In this document: positions 31,991 to 41,940 of the stretch, piece after piece
Layout: each line of letters starts with the position of its first letter
Position numbering within the stretch: position 1 is the first letter of the stretch
Assembly: GCA_024103515.1 (NCBI GenBank)
Contig: JAGGIK010000004.1
Location: 2,769 to 66,768 of the forward strand
DNA length: 64,000 nt
Source: Snodgrassella sp.
Lineage (GTDB): Bacteria > Pseudomonadota > Gammaproteobacteria > Burkholderiales > Neisseriaceae
Direction: 5' to 3'
Notes under the pieces: model-generated
Seen by the model: the letters and a program-made list of their open reading frames with translations, nothing else
Databases searched by the model: none
What the model was told of the DNA's origin: nothing
Position numbers and translations under genes: made by a program

Positions 31991-32353
31991 CTAATTAAAT
32001 TCGATTGGTATGAATTCTTCTCGCGCCAGCTCTTCCTGTGCTAGATCAGTTACAATCATGGAAAGCTTTACCTGAAACCATTCTTTAAATTTATCTAATG
32101 TTAGAGGCGGCCACAGATTTTCATCTTCACACCAATCGGCCAGTTCAGCCGTAAAAATACGCTGGTATCTCTGTTCAATTTCAATCCACATTTCCTCATT
32201 GTCTGCACAGGTGGGAATCAGATATGCATTCGCTGCTTGCTGCAATATACTTAAAGATAACTCGTCCAGATTAATATTCGGTAAATCTTGCAACCATACC
32301 CAGAATGGTTGTAAAGGAATCAGTAAAAATACGCTGCGGTTAACTTCGTACAT
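31991..32353 (-). CDS. Small acidic hypothetical protein downstream of mlaA
   Basis: 120-aa ORF with protein-like composition (MYEVNRSVFLLIP..PFW.WL, ELADWCEDENLWP); co-oriented 66 bp after mlaA and before the terminator. Confidence 0.75.
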   Translation of the reverse strand: MYEVNRSVFLLIPLQPFWVWLQDLPNINLDELSLSILQQAANAYLIPTCADNEEMWIEIEQRYQRIFTAELADWCEDENLWPPLTLDKFKEWFQVKLSMIVTDLAQEELAREEFIPIEFN

Positions 32354-32419
32354 GATGCAGATCCTGTTTTGCTAACTGCTTAACTACTCGCATAATATGT
32401 ATAACTTTAGCATAGTAGC

Positions 32420-33262
32420 TTAGGGCAATTCAGCACTATTGTCTAACTTAACAACTTTGGATGAAGTAGCTGCCTGATTATTTTTAACAGGCTGTGATTC
32501 GGCAGTTTTTGATTCAGGAATGGTGTTTGTATGACTTTCAGCAGGCACTAAACTGTCAATATCATCTTCATCATTATCAGCTCTGAATAGAGTACCGCCA
32601 ACCTGTTGATTGCGCAATTTCATGAATAGATCACGAGTATACGCATAGCGATCTAACGCTGCGTCATCCAGACTTTCCGTCACTTCTAATAATGATTCTC
32701 GTGTAGCAACACCATTTAGACTACTGACACTCCAGCGTACTGCGGAATCTTTGATGAAAACGTTCTGAACGGGAAAAGCGTAAGTGACGCTGCTACCTAA
32801 AGTATCGCGCACGGTAGAAGGGCCAAAAAAAGGATAAACAAAGTAATTACTATTCTTCCAACCCCAGGAAGCAAAAGTATCACCCAGTGTATTTTTATTG
32901 TTTGGGATCCGACCTGCATCCGCGATATTAATCAACCCGCCCAAACCGAAAGTGCTGTTAATACCAACCCGTACAAAATCGGTGCTGGCTTTTTCAATAT
33001 CCAGACGAAGCAAGTTACTACCAAAGCTAACAACATCACGTAGATTATTAAAAAAGTTATTGACTCCAGTTCGAACTGGAGGCGGGGTAATCTTACGATA
33101 GCCTTTAGCTACCGGCGTCATGACATAACGATCCAGATGGTCGTTTACATTAAACATAAAACGATTATAACCCTCATACGGGTCATGATAAGTTTGCTCC
33201 GCCCAACCCAACTGGCTGAAGGATAATATCAGACAGCCGATGATCAACTTAGATTTACTCAT
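32420..33262 (-). CDS. mlaA: Outer-membrane lipid asymmetry protein MlaA (VacJ)
   Basis: DPYEGYNRFMF, NFFNNL, INSTFGLGGL and PFFGPSTVRD motifs. Confidence 0.93.
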   Translation of the reverse strand: MSKSKLIIGCLILSFSQLGWAEQTYHDPYEGYNRFMFNVNDHLDRYVMTPVAKGYRKITPPPVRTGVNNFFNNLRDVVSFGSNLLRLDIEKASTDFVRVGINSTFGLGGLINIADAGRIPNNKNTLGDTFASWGWKNSNYFVYPFFGPSTVRDTLGSSVTYAFPVQNVFIKDSAVRWSVSSLNGVATRESLLEVTESLDDAALDRYAYTRDLFMKLRNQQVGGTLFRADNDEDDIDSLVPAESHTNTIPESKTAESQPVKNNQAATSSKVVKLDNSAELP

Positions 33263-33540
33263 TGTAGAGATTCCTCAACGCCATACAATGCCATCAGGGT
33301 GATCAGTCTTGCTGGCACCCCAATGATATGTATTTCAAGTTGTTGCTGGCGTGCAAGCCGTTTTGCAGCCGCCAATAATGCCACACAGACAGAATCAGCT
33401 TCAGTGACACCACTGACATCAATAGTCGTTATGCCTACATGGATGGAGTCACAAAACCGCTGATAATCAGCTACATGAACGCTATTCATGGTTACTGCAT
33501 CAAGTAGTTTAATTGTACTGCCTTGTATGTCGGTTCGCAT
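33259..33540 (-). CDS. mlaB: STAS-domain protein MlaB
   Basis: IDVSGVTEADSVCVALL STAS motif; lies between mlaC and mlaA. Confidence 0.85.
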   Translation of the reverse strand: MRTDIQGSTIKLLDAVTMNSVHVADYQRFCDSIHVGITTIDVSGVTEADSVCVALLAAAKRLARQQQLEIHIIGVPARLITLMALYGVEESLQ

Positions 33541-33542
33541 GT

Positions 33543-34145
33543 TTATTTACCATTTTTGGCGTGCAAATCCGCAATCAGCCCATCAATCCCTTTTTGATTG
33601 ATGGTTTGATTAAACTGGTTACGATAAACAGTAACCAGACTGGCCCCTTCCACAGCAACGTTGAAAATACGGTAAGTTTTACCAGACTGATAAGTGGAAT
33701 AGTCCATACGTACGGGTTTACTATTTGGTGCAGTGACATCAACACGGATAGTTACTTCACGTCCATCTTTAGCCACAACGGGATTATCATAAACGGTTGC
33801 TTTGGCATTTTTAAATTTGAGCATGGTTCCAGAATAGGTTCGAATCAGTAAAGTTTTGAATTCAGAAACCAAAGCCTGTTGCTGTGTTGGGGTTGCATCA
33901 CGCCAAGGGGCACCAACCGCCAATGCAGTCATCCGAGTGAAATCAAAATAGGGAATGGCATAGTTTTCAGCTTGAACACGCACTTGGCTATCATTTTTGC
34001 CATTAGCATTACTTAAAATATTCAATACCTGAGTAGCATTGCCTTTAAGCTGTGCTACAGCCTGTTGCGGTGTAGCAAAAGCCAGACTAATACTCATTAT
34101 TCCAATACTTACAGAAGCCAACAGGGCTGATCTATTTAAGTTCAT
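33543..34145 (-). CDS. mlaC: Periplasmic phospholipid-binding protein MlaC
   Basis: Signal peptide, PYFDFTRMTALAVG..WR, LLIRTY and EGASLVTVYRNQF motifs. Confidence 0.93.
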   Translation of the reverse strand: MNLNRSALLASVSIGIMSISLAFATPQQAVAQLKGNATQVLNILSNANGKNDSQVRVQAENYAIPYFDFTRMTALAVGAPWRDATPTQQQALVSEFKTLLIRTYSGTMLKFKNAKATVYDNPVVAKDGREVTIRVDVTAPNSKPVRMDYSTYQSGKTYRIFNVAVEGASLVTVYRNQFNQTINQKGIDGLIADLHAKNGK

Positions 34146-34200
34146 TGATTTTCCTTTAAATTGATTTAATTCTATTGGTCATTTTAGCTGACCATGTTGT

Positions 34201-34698
34201 TCAGTTAGTTGTGGAAGCAGCATTACTGTTACTTTTGGCATTACCTTCAGCAAAGCTGGTCATAAATTTACCAATCAACTGCTCTAACACCAATGCTGAA
34301 CTGGTGATGGTGATGGAATCACCATCAGCCAAATTATCTGGATCACCACCTTGTTCAAGTCCAATGTATTGATCACCAAGCAAACCTGAAGTCAGAATTT
34401 GCGCGGAAGTATCACTACTAAACTGGTACTGTCTATCTATTTTTAAAGTGACTTTTGCCCAGTAGGTTTTCGGATCCAGTACGATTTTTTCAACCCGACC
34501 GACCACCACACCAGCAGCTTTGACCGGAGCCTGTGGTTTAAGACCTCCAATATCACTGAATGAAGCAGACAAAGTATAAGTTGGCTGGGAAGAACCAAGG
34601 CCACTACCACCAGCAACGCGAAAGGACAAAAAGAGAATTGCGACTATGCCTATTAATACAAATAGACCAACCAGCATTTCCAAACTGTTTTTTTTCAT
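34201..34698 (-). CDS. mlaD: MCE-domain protein MlaD
   Basis: N-terminal TM helix, FSDIGGLK..APVK.AGVVVGRV and LTSGLLGDQY motifs. Confidence 0.95.
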   Translation of the reverse strand: MKKNSLEMLVGLFVLIGIVAILFLSFRVAGGSGLGSSQPTYTLSASFSDIGGLKPQAPVKAAGVVVGRVEKIVLDPKTYWAKVTLKIDRQYQFSSDTSAQILTSGLLGDQYIGLEQGGDPDNLADGDSITITSSALVLEQLIGKFMTSFAEGNAKSNSNAASTTN

Positions 34699-34721
34699 AT
34701 TATTACCTGTTAATCAATTTC

Positions 34722-35498
34722 TTAATTGGTAAACATCAGTGCTGTAAGCATAAAATCCACTGCTAGTATGGTTAGAGAGCTGGATACAACAGTTCGGGTA
34801 TTAGCACGTAGTATACCTTCCGATGTAGGCTTGGCATAATACCCTTGATATACTGCAATAAGACTAACTACTACGCCGAATACCAACGATTTAATTAAGC
34901 CATTCACTACATCATAATGAATATTCAGATTATTCTGCATTTGTCCCCAGAAAACACCATTATCCATACCGAAGTATTTGACTCCAATCAGATAGGCTCC
35001 ATATACACCCGCTACATTAAAAATTGAGGCCAGTAATGGCATGGAAAGGACTCCAGCCCAGAAACGCGGTGCAACTACTCTGGCTACCGGATCAATAGCC
35101 ATGATATTCATGGCTTCAAGCTGTTCAGTAGTTTTCATTAGACCTATCTCGCTAGTCATGGCTCCGCCGGCACTACTGGCAAACAATATAGCCGCCAGTA
35201 CTGGCCCTAGCTCACGCAACATCGCAGCAGCGACCATATAACCCAGAATATCAGCTGATTTAAATTTAGCCAGTTGAGTATAAGCCTGCAAACCCAATAC
35301 CATACCCACAAACAGCCCGGATACGGCAATGATGATGATTGACAAAACACCTGAGAAATACATTTGCCGAATCATCAAACGTGGCCGGCGCAAAACGGTT
35401 CTACTCCGCAACAGAGCAGCGAACAGAAATAGTGTTGCACACCCAAGATGCTGGAGAAAACTCAGGGTCTTTGCACCCAGTTGTTGAATTGCTTTCAT
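34722..35498 (-). CDS. mlaE: ABC permease MlaE
   Basis: LRELGPVLAA and EIGLMKTTEQLEAM motifs; ATG overlaps the mlaF stop (TGATG). Confidence 0.95.
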   Translation of the reverse strand: MKAIQQLGAKTLSFLQHLGCATLFLFAALLRSRTVLRRPRLMIRQMYFSGVLSIIIIAVSGLFVGMVLGLQAYTQLAKFKSADILGYMVAAAMLRELGPVLAAILFASSAGGAMTSEIGLMKTTEQLEAMNIMAIDPVARVVAPRFWAGVLSMPLLASIFNVAGVYGAYLIGVKYFGMDNGVFWGQMQNNLNIHYDVVNGLIKSLVFGVVVSLIAVYQGYYAKPTSEGILRANTRTVVSSSLTILAVDFMLTALMFTN

Positions 35499-36298
35499 CA
35501 CGCGATATCTAAATCCTGTTGTAATGTGGTGGTTGCTGGATAACGGAAGGCTACAGGTCCGTCTGCCTGTCCGTGGATAAACTGATTTATCCACGGTGAG
35601 TCTAATTGTTGCATTTCACGCGGCGAACCAGAAAAGATAATTTCTCCGTGTGCTAAAAAAACCACATGACTAGCAATATCTAACGATTGCTGTATATCAT
35701 GAGTGACCATTACACTGGTTGCTTGCAGTGAATGGTTGACTTTGCTGACCAGACTGGCAATCACACCTAGTGAAATAGGGTCTAAACCAGTGAAAGGTTC
35801 GTCATACAATAACAATGCCGGATCGAGTGCAATGGTACGAGCCAGAGCCACACGGCGTGCCATCCCGCCGGAAAGCTCAGAAGGCATGAGATTTTCTATC
35901 CCGCGCAGACCCACGGCATTCAATTTCATGATCACAAGATCATGAATCACGCGTTCCGGCAGGTCAGTATGTTCACGGATGGGAAAAGCAACATTATCAA
36001 ATACCGATAAATCGGTAAATAAGGCACCAAACTGAAACAGCACACCCATGTTACGTCGATGACGATAAAGTTCGTCCCGATTAAATTTTGCTATGTCACG
36101 GCCGTTAATCAGCACTTGCCCCTGCTGAGCGGTGATCTGACCAGTTATCAGTCTTAATAATGTCGTTTTCCCGCTCCCTGAACTGCCCATAATGGCAGTA
36201 AAACTACCTGATTCGAGACAAAAATTAATATTTTTCAAAATGGGTCGATCGCCATAGGCAAACGCCACATCTTTCATTTCAATAAACGGCGTAGCCAT
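35498..36298 (-). CDS. mlaF: ABC ATPase MlaF
   Basis: GSSGSGKTT, LFQFGALF, ELSGGMARRVALAR and DEPFTGLDP motifs. Confidence 0.95.
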   Translation of the reverse strand: MATPFIEMKDVAFAYGDRPILKNINFCLESGSFTAIMGSSGSGKTTLLRLITGQITAQQGQVLINGRDIAKFNRDELYRHRRNMGVLFQFGALFTDLSVFDNVAFPIREHTDLPERVIHDLVIMKLNAVGLRGIENLMPSELSGGMARRVALARTIALDPALLLYDEPFTGLDPISLGVIASLVSKVNHSLQATSVMVTHDIQQSLDIASHVVFLAHGEIIFSGSPREMQQLDSPWINQFIHGQADGPVAFRYPATTTLQQDLDIA

Positions 36299-36354
36299 GA
36301 TTTAATTTCCAATACCGCATAGCAAAATTCAGATTTTAAGATCAATACGCTTCT

Positions 36355-37347
36355 TTAGCAAACGTCAATAGCACTTTGTTGCTTGCACATCTTAACTGCA
36401 GTAGCCACAGCAGCAAATAGGCTTGACGAGCTTGATTGTTTCCTACCCGCCATTGCTAATGCTGTACCATGATCAACTGATGTACGGATAAAGGGTAAGC
36501 CTAAAGTCACGTTAACACTTTCTCCAAATCCGGCATATTTTAGCACTGGTAATCCCTGATCATGATACATCGTCAAAATCACATCCGCCGTTTTAAGCAT
36601 AAACGGTTGAAATATTGTATCTGCAGGAAAAGGCCCTGTTATATTCAACCCATATTGCTGTAATTTCCGAATCGCCGGAATAATGATTTGCTTTTCTTCT
36701 AACCCTAAGTGACCACTTTCTCCAGCATGAGGATTAAGTCCAGCAACCAGTATTCGGGGTTGAACTAATCCAAATTTCTGCTGCATTTCCTGATGCAAAA
36801 CGGTTAGAACTTGGGTTAATAATGGTTCGGTGATGGCATTGGCTACAGCATGTAATGGCAAATGCGTGGTTGCCAGTGCCACGCGTAATCCGCCAGCAGC
36901 CAACATCATCACGACTTGAGCTGTGTGGCTTTTCTCCGCCAAATATTCGGTATGACCAGTAAATGACAAACCACTATCGTTTATAATACCCTTATGCACG
37001 GGAGCAGTTACCATTGCTGCAAATTCACCAGTCTGAATCCCATCATAGGCACGGTCCAAAATATCTAATACATACTTTGCATTAGTCACATTTAAAATAC
37101 CAGCTTTGACATCTGCTCTTACTGGCAGATGACAAACCTCCAGCACTTCTGGTAAAGGGTCATTTTCAGGCCTATATCGTTGAATTTTTACCTTTTTTTG
37201 CAATATTTCAGCTCGTTCTCGTAAGCATTCTAGATCACCCAATATTACGATACGTGCTGCAGGCGATGAACGCAGGTCAAGGCAGATATCTGGACCAATA
37301 CCTGCCGGTTCACCACTGGTAACTGCTATAACGGGCTTTTGCTTCAT
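36355..37347 (-). CDS. pdxA: 4-hydroxythreonine-4-phosphate dehydrogenase
   Basis: GEPAGIGPD, GHTEYL, GLNPHAGE, MYHDQGL and RTSVDHGTA motifs. Confidence 0.96.
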   Translation of the reverse strand: MKQKPVIAVTSGEPAGIGPDICLDLRSSPAARIVILGDLECLRERAEILQKKVKIQRYRPENDPLPEVLEVCHLPVRADVKAGILNVTNAKYVLDILDRAYDGIQTGEFAAMVTAPVHKGIINDSGLSFTGHTEYLAEKSHTAQVVMMLAAGGLRVALATTHLPLHAVANAITEPLLTQVLTVLHQEMQQKFGLVQPRILVAGLNPHAGESGHLGLEEKQIIIPAIRKLQQYGLNITGPFPADTIFQPFMLKTADVILTMYHDQGLPVLKYAGFGESVNVTLGLPFIRTSVDHGTALAMAGRKQSSSSSLFAAVATAVKMCKQQSAIDVC

Positions 37348-37418
37348 ACGTGTCGGCTTTGAAAAGAAATTACAGGATTATTGTTTTAATGTTGCAAATA
37401 TTTCTTCTTCAAATCAGC

Positions 37419-38381
37419 TTAATTATCAAGGCGATTGATGTGGATATAAGACTGATCCTGTAATTGTTTGAGCAGATTCTGATGCAGAGTTTCTCGTTTT
37501 TCCTTCACAAGAACAGCACGCATACCATTACGCTGACGCTGTTGCGGACTATCATCACTTCTTACTTCTTTCAAACGGATGACATGCCAGCCAAACTGTG
37601 TTCGCACAGGCTGAGAAATTTGTCCAGGCTGCAGGGATTTAAAAGTTGATTCAAACTGTGGCACTGTTTCACCATCTGTTAGCCAACCAAGATCTCCTCC
37701 ATTCTTTGCACTACCATCCTGTGAGTATTGACGTGCCAGTTGTTCAAACGATGCCCCCGCACGAGCTTGTTGTGCTATCTGATCAATCAATTTACGGGAA
37801 ATAGCGTTATCATTTTTAATTAGGATATGTTGTACGTGATAGGCATAAGCAGTTACAGGAGGAGGTAATTGATACCCTTCCTGTTGAGCACGCACGATAG
37901 CACTGTCAATTTCTGCATCAGACACTTGGCTTTTTCCCATAACCTCGCTTTGTTCCAGTCGCTGCACCATGAGATTTTCAGTCATGGTTTGACGTAACTG
38001 ACTCTCACTGATGCCTTCTTTGCCAATCCGATGAATTAGCTCCTTGACAGTCAGATTACGTTGCGCTGCAAAATGATGAATGGCTTCATTCACATCTTCT
38101 TTACTTGGGTGGATATTGGCACGTTTTGCAGCCTGGATTAGGAGATCTTTATTAATTAGATGGGTTAAAGCCTGTTGCTGTAATGCTTTGGTATCAACCT
38201 GCTGACCTTTCGGAAGCTGCATACGTAGCTGTTTAATCATGATTTCTAGTTCCTGCCGTGTAATCACATCATTATTTACCACAGCCACTATATTATCAAT
38301 TTGTTTAATGTCTGCTGCTATTGCTGATTGAACAGTCAATGCCAGTGCTGTAGCAACTAGCCAGCTATGTATAGGTTTCAT
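37419..38381 (-). CDS. surA: Periplasmic chaperone/PPIase SurA
   Basis: IVAVVNNDVIT N-domain, parvulin motifs HILI, YSQD.SA..GGDLGW and FGWHVI; between lptD and pdxA. Confidence 0.9.
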   Translation of the reverse strand: MKPIHSWLVATALALTVQSAIAADIKQIDNIVAVVNNDVITRQELEIMIKQLRMQLPKGQQVDTKALQQQALTHLINKDLLIQAAKRANIHPSKEDVNEAIHHFAAQRNLTVKELIHRIGKEGISESQLRQTMTENLMVQRLEQSEVMGKSQVSDAEIDSAIVRAQQEGYQLPPPVTAYAYHVQHILIKNDNAISRKLIDQIAQQARAGASFEQLARQYSQDGSAKNGGDLGWLTDGETVPQFESTFKSLQPGQISQPVRTQFGWHVIRLKEVRSDDSPQQRQRNGMRAVLVKEKRETLHQNLLKQLQDQSYIHINRLDN

Positions 38382-40717
38382 TAATGTTTTACCTCATATG
38401 TATTGCTGTAACCTGGAATTTGTGAGCTTAACTGTCCAAGCGGTCCATTTCCGATACTGGTCAAGTCACGTAATTGTAATTGAAATAATACCGCAGTTTT
38501 ATGTTTTTGGTATCCATTAGTATAGCGCGTACCTACCAGACCTGCACTCCAGCAATTACAGGGGCTTTGGTACTGGATACCAATAGTTTCGTTCAGCGCA
38601 ATACTATGCTTGAAATCATAATTCTCGCGTGCGACTAGATAATAATTACGTGATAGTGGCCATTGCATACCAACATCAATTGAGCGTATTTTGCCATAAA
38701 CATCATCATATAGATTTTCATATCGTCCGTACTTATAGCGCATACTGATCGTTTTGCCTGCTTTTGGTGTATAACGAATGCCGACATTGTAGCTTTCAGA
38801 AGTTTTTAGATCCTGATTATAATGCCATTTACTTTCTGCACTGATATGATTACTCAAAGAAGCACGACCAAATGCAACAATATCAGAACGTTTGCGTTCT
38901 TTGTTTTTCGGGGCAAACTTGTCCAGTACGACATCATCATTACTAAAGTAGAATCGTTGACCAATACCGGCCGCTACGCGCTCTTTTCCATTATTTTTAT
39001 CATATAAGCGCGTTTGCAAAGCTGTAGTCAAAAAATTGGCTGCATTGATGCGGTCATGACCTGAATAGCGATTTTCACGGAAAAGCTGATCGTAGGTGAA
39101 GCTGTTTTCAGCTGTATCAAACAAAGGCAAATTTTCCTGATTGCGTTTTGGTATATAGGTATAAAATAAACGGGGTTCGAGAGTCTGAATAAAGCCTTTG
39201 CTTGATTTTTTACTTTGCCACAAACGCTCAAAAGTCAAACCTGAATCGACACTGACAATTGGTACTGCACGATCCATACTACGTTGTTTACCATTATTGT
39301 TGTTTTCATCTATCTCATAGTGGCTGGCATGAAAGCTCAGTCTAGGACGAATATAACCCCATACCGTTGAATAATCAGCATTGAAAGTCGGGAAAAATAC
39401 TAAGCGCGAACCATCGGGCAACTTATATTCAGAATCTCTGTGACCCATTTTCCTTTCTTCAAAACGAGTAGCTTCAGCATAAACATTAAAAGAATAGTGG
39501 TTGCCGTAGTAGCGGTTCCATGTAGCTGATAATTTCGGCAATCTTGAATAGGGCAGGTCTCTATAGCCACTTACCGAAGCCAGTGCCTGATACTTTTGCA
39601 TCATTAGGCTTCCATTGAAGGAGCCTCCCCATAAATCATGATGATAATTCAGCCAAGCTTGTCTATTCAGATTCTCACTACCGTTATCACCTTTCCAAAA
39701 ATCCCGTTGGTAGTCATCATCGGAAACCTGATGATAATCTATACCACCAGTCAATCCTTTAGCCAAATACTGATTGTGAAAAAAATCTATTTTGGCACGG
39801 TTTTTATGCTTACTTTTCTGATCATTAGGCACCCATTCAGCATTTATTTCTCCTGAATAATAAGGTTGCAGATAACGGAAATCTCCGCCCAACTGTAAAC
39901 CACGGCTGCTAATCAAATATGGGCGAATGGTAGCATCATAGTTAGGTCCAAGATTTAGGTAATATGGTGTCATCAGTTCGATACCGTCTGATCCACCTTT
40001 TATGGTAGGAGCCAGAAACCCGCTTTTGCGGTTACCGTTCAAAGGAAAATCAATCCATGGGGTATAAAATAGTGGTACGCCGCCAAATAATAAGGTTGCA
40101 TTTCGTGCCACCCCGACATTTTGATCATAATCTAGATCAATACTACTGGAACGAATATACCAGCTGTCATCTCCCGGATTACAGGTATTGAATTTAGCAC
40201 TTTGCAGTCGGTAACGATTTTTACCACCCATCTGCACCTCACCCCCGACCCCTTGCAGACGTCGGTTATCCTTTTCCATTTCAAAACGTCCGGCATCACC
40301 GACTCCGGTCGCTTGCTTCATATCATAGGTCACACGCCGTCCACTGATTCGTCCGTGACCATTATCCAAGGTGAACTGATCACCGGCTTTAACAATATCA
40401 GTCTGCTGATCATAATCAGCCCAATCGGAGTTCAGTGTTACGTCATTACGTTCAATGATAACTTTACCTGTAGCGCGCACACGTTTTTGCGACTGACCGT
40501 TAACTTTATCAGCAACTACACGGGTAACATCTGTTTCGAGATGAGTTTCACCACTGTGCTGAACTGGTTTGACAAAATTTTTAGGACGCTGTGGTGCTGT
40601 ACAGACAGATTCCTCTCCCATGGAAAGAGGAGACGCTGCTAACGATATGACCGGTAAGGCACAAAACACTGTTGTCAGTGCCTGTACCAATGTTTTTGGG
40701 GGAAATAATTGGGACAA
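38381..40717 (-). CDS. lptD: LPS assembly outer-membrane protein LptD
   Basis: FNTCNPG, RKSGFLAP, PYYLN, QTLEPRLFY and RYSGHDRI motifs; 778 aa. Confidence 0.95.
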   Translation of the reverse strand: MSQLFPPKTLVQALTTVFCALPVISLAASPLSMGEESVCTAPQRPKNFVKPVQHSGETHLETDVTRVVADKVNGQSQKRVRATGKVIIERNDVTLNSDWADYDQQTDIVKAGDQFTLDNGHGRISGRRVTYDMKQATGVGDAGRFEMEKDNRRLQGVGGEVQMGGKNRYRLQSAKFNTCNPGDDSWYIRSSSIDLDYDQNVGVARNATLLFGGVPLFYTPWIDFPLNGNRKSGFLAPTIKGGSDGIELMTPYYLNLGPNYDATIRPYLISSRGLQLGGDFRYLQPYYSGEINAEWVPNDQKSKHKNRAKIDFFHNQYLAKGLTGGIDYHQVSDDDYQRDFWKGDNGSENLNRQAWLNYHHDLWGGSFNGSLMMQKYQALASVSGYRDLPYSRLPKLSATWNRYYGNHYSFNVYAEATRFEERKMGHRDSEYKLPDGSRLVFFPTFNADYSTVWGYIRPRLSFHASHYEIDENNNNGKQRSMDRAVPIVSVDSGLTFERLWQSKKSSKGFIQTLEPRLFYTYIPKRNQENLPLFDTAENSFTYDQLFRENRYSGHDRINAANFLTTALQTRLYDKNNGKERVAAGIGQRFYFSNDDVVLDKFAPKNKERKRSDIVAFGRASLSNHISAESKWHYNQDLKTSESYNVGIRYTPKAGKTISMRYKYGRYENLYDDVYGKIRSIDVGMQWPLSRNYYLVARENYDFKHSIALNETIGIQYQSPCNCWSAGLVGTRYTNGYQKHKTAVLFQLQLRDLTSIGNGPLGQLSSQIPGYSNTYEVKH

Positions 40718-40770
40718 TGTATCACCTAAACGGCTTTGCCAGTTAAAATAGGGTTTATTTTAACCTGAAA

Positions 40771-41781
40771 ATGACCATGCAACGTGAAACTACATTAAAA
40801 AAATGGCTGAGTTTATGTTATCCACAACAGTCTTTTAATCTTAGCTTTGCTGCGGCTGATGCTGATTTTCGCCGCTACTTTCGCGCAACCTTCAGTGATG
40901 GCAACAGCGTCATCTGTATGGATGCTCCTCCAGATAAAATGAGTATTGCTCCTTACATCAAGGTACAAAATCTTTTTCACGCAGTAAAGGTGCCGACCAT
41001 ATACTACGCCGATGAGGCTTTGGGATTTATGGCTCTGGAAGATTTAGGACATACCCCTTATTTAGCTGCCCTGCTGCAAGATCAGCGACCACAAGTGCAT
41101 AAATTATTGCTACTGGAAGCTATTGATGAACTAATCAATTTGCAGCTCAGCAGCCAGCCAGAAAAATTACCAGTGTATGATCAGGCTATTCTGTATCGTG
41201 AAATGCAATTGTTTCCAGATTGGTTTATCAATAAAGAGTTGAATCTGCCCCTTACTCCTGCTCAAAATCAATTATGGCAACAAACGGTTGACACTATTTT
41301 GCCGAAAATTACCAATCAGCCATTAGTATATGTGCACCGAGATTTTATCGTGCGTAATATCATGTTAACCCAAGAGCGCCCAGGTATTTTGGATTTTCAG
41401 GATGCGCTGTATGGTCCGATTACCTATGATTTAGTATCTTTATTACGCGACGCTTTTATAGAATGGGAAGAAGAATTTGTACTTGATCTGGTTATCCGCT
41501 ACTGGGAAAAAGCCCGAGCAGCAGGTTTACCGGTAAGAACAGATTTTGACCAGTTTTATCATGAATTTGAAATGATGGGCGTGCAGCGCCATTTAAAAGT
41601 CGCAGGTATTTTTGCGCGTTTGTATTATCGTGACGGCAAGGATAAATATCGCGGGGAAATCCAACGTTTTCTACATTATTTGCGCAAGACCAGCCGTCGT
41701 TACCATGAATTGCATTCACTTCATCGGTTGATAACGGAATTAACCGGTACAGAAGAAACACAGATTGGTTATTCTTTTTAA
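40771..41781 (+). CDS. amgK: N-acetylmuramate/N-acetylglucosamine anomeric kinase (APH-like phosphotransferase)
   Basis: DADFRRYFR, MDAPP, VHRDF..RN, LDFQDA and QRHLKVAGIFARL motifs; divergent from lptD. Confidence 0.88.
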   Translation: MTMQRETTLKKWLSLCYPQQSFNLSFAAADADFRRYFRATFSDGNSVICMDAPPDKMSIAPYIKVQNLFHAVKVPTIYYADEALGFMALEDLGHTPYLAALLQDQRPQVHKLLLLEAIDELINLQLSSQPEKLPVYDQAILYREMQLFPDWFINKELNLPLTPAQNQLWQQTVDTILPKITNQPLVYVHRDFIVRNIMLTQERPGILDFQDALYGPITYDLVSLLRDAFIEWEEEFVLDLVIRYWEKARAAGLPVRTDFDQFYHEFEMMGVQRHLKVAGIFARLYYRDGKDKYRGEIQRFLHYLRKTSRRYHELHSLHRLITELTGTEETQIGYSF

Positions 41782-41842
41782 GATCAATGATAAATACCCA
41801 GCTTTTTTAATTAAATACGTTGATCATCGATAATATAATCAG

Positions 41843-41870
41843 GCCTGATCTTAAGCAGGCTTTTTTTATT
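41843..41870 (+). terminator. Terminator after amgK
   Basis: GCCTG-ATCTTAAG-CAGGC followed by T7. Confidence 0.6.
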
Positions 41871-41940
41871 GCAAATAACCAATTAATGATACAAATAACA
41901 TATCCAATTGAGCTTAAATTAGTTAGAACTATTAAATTAA

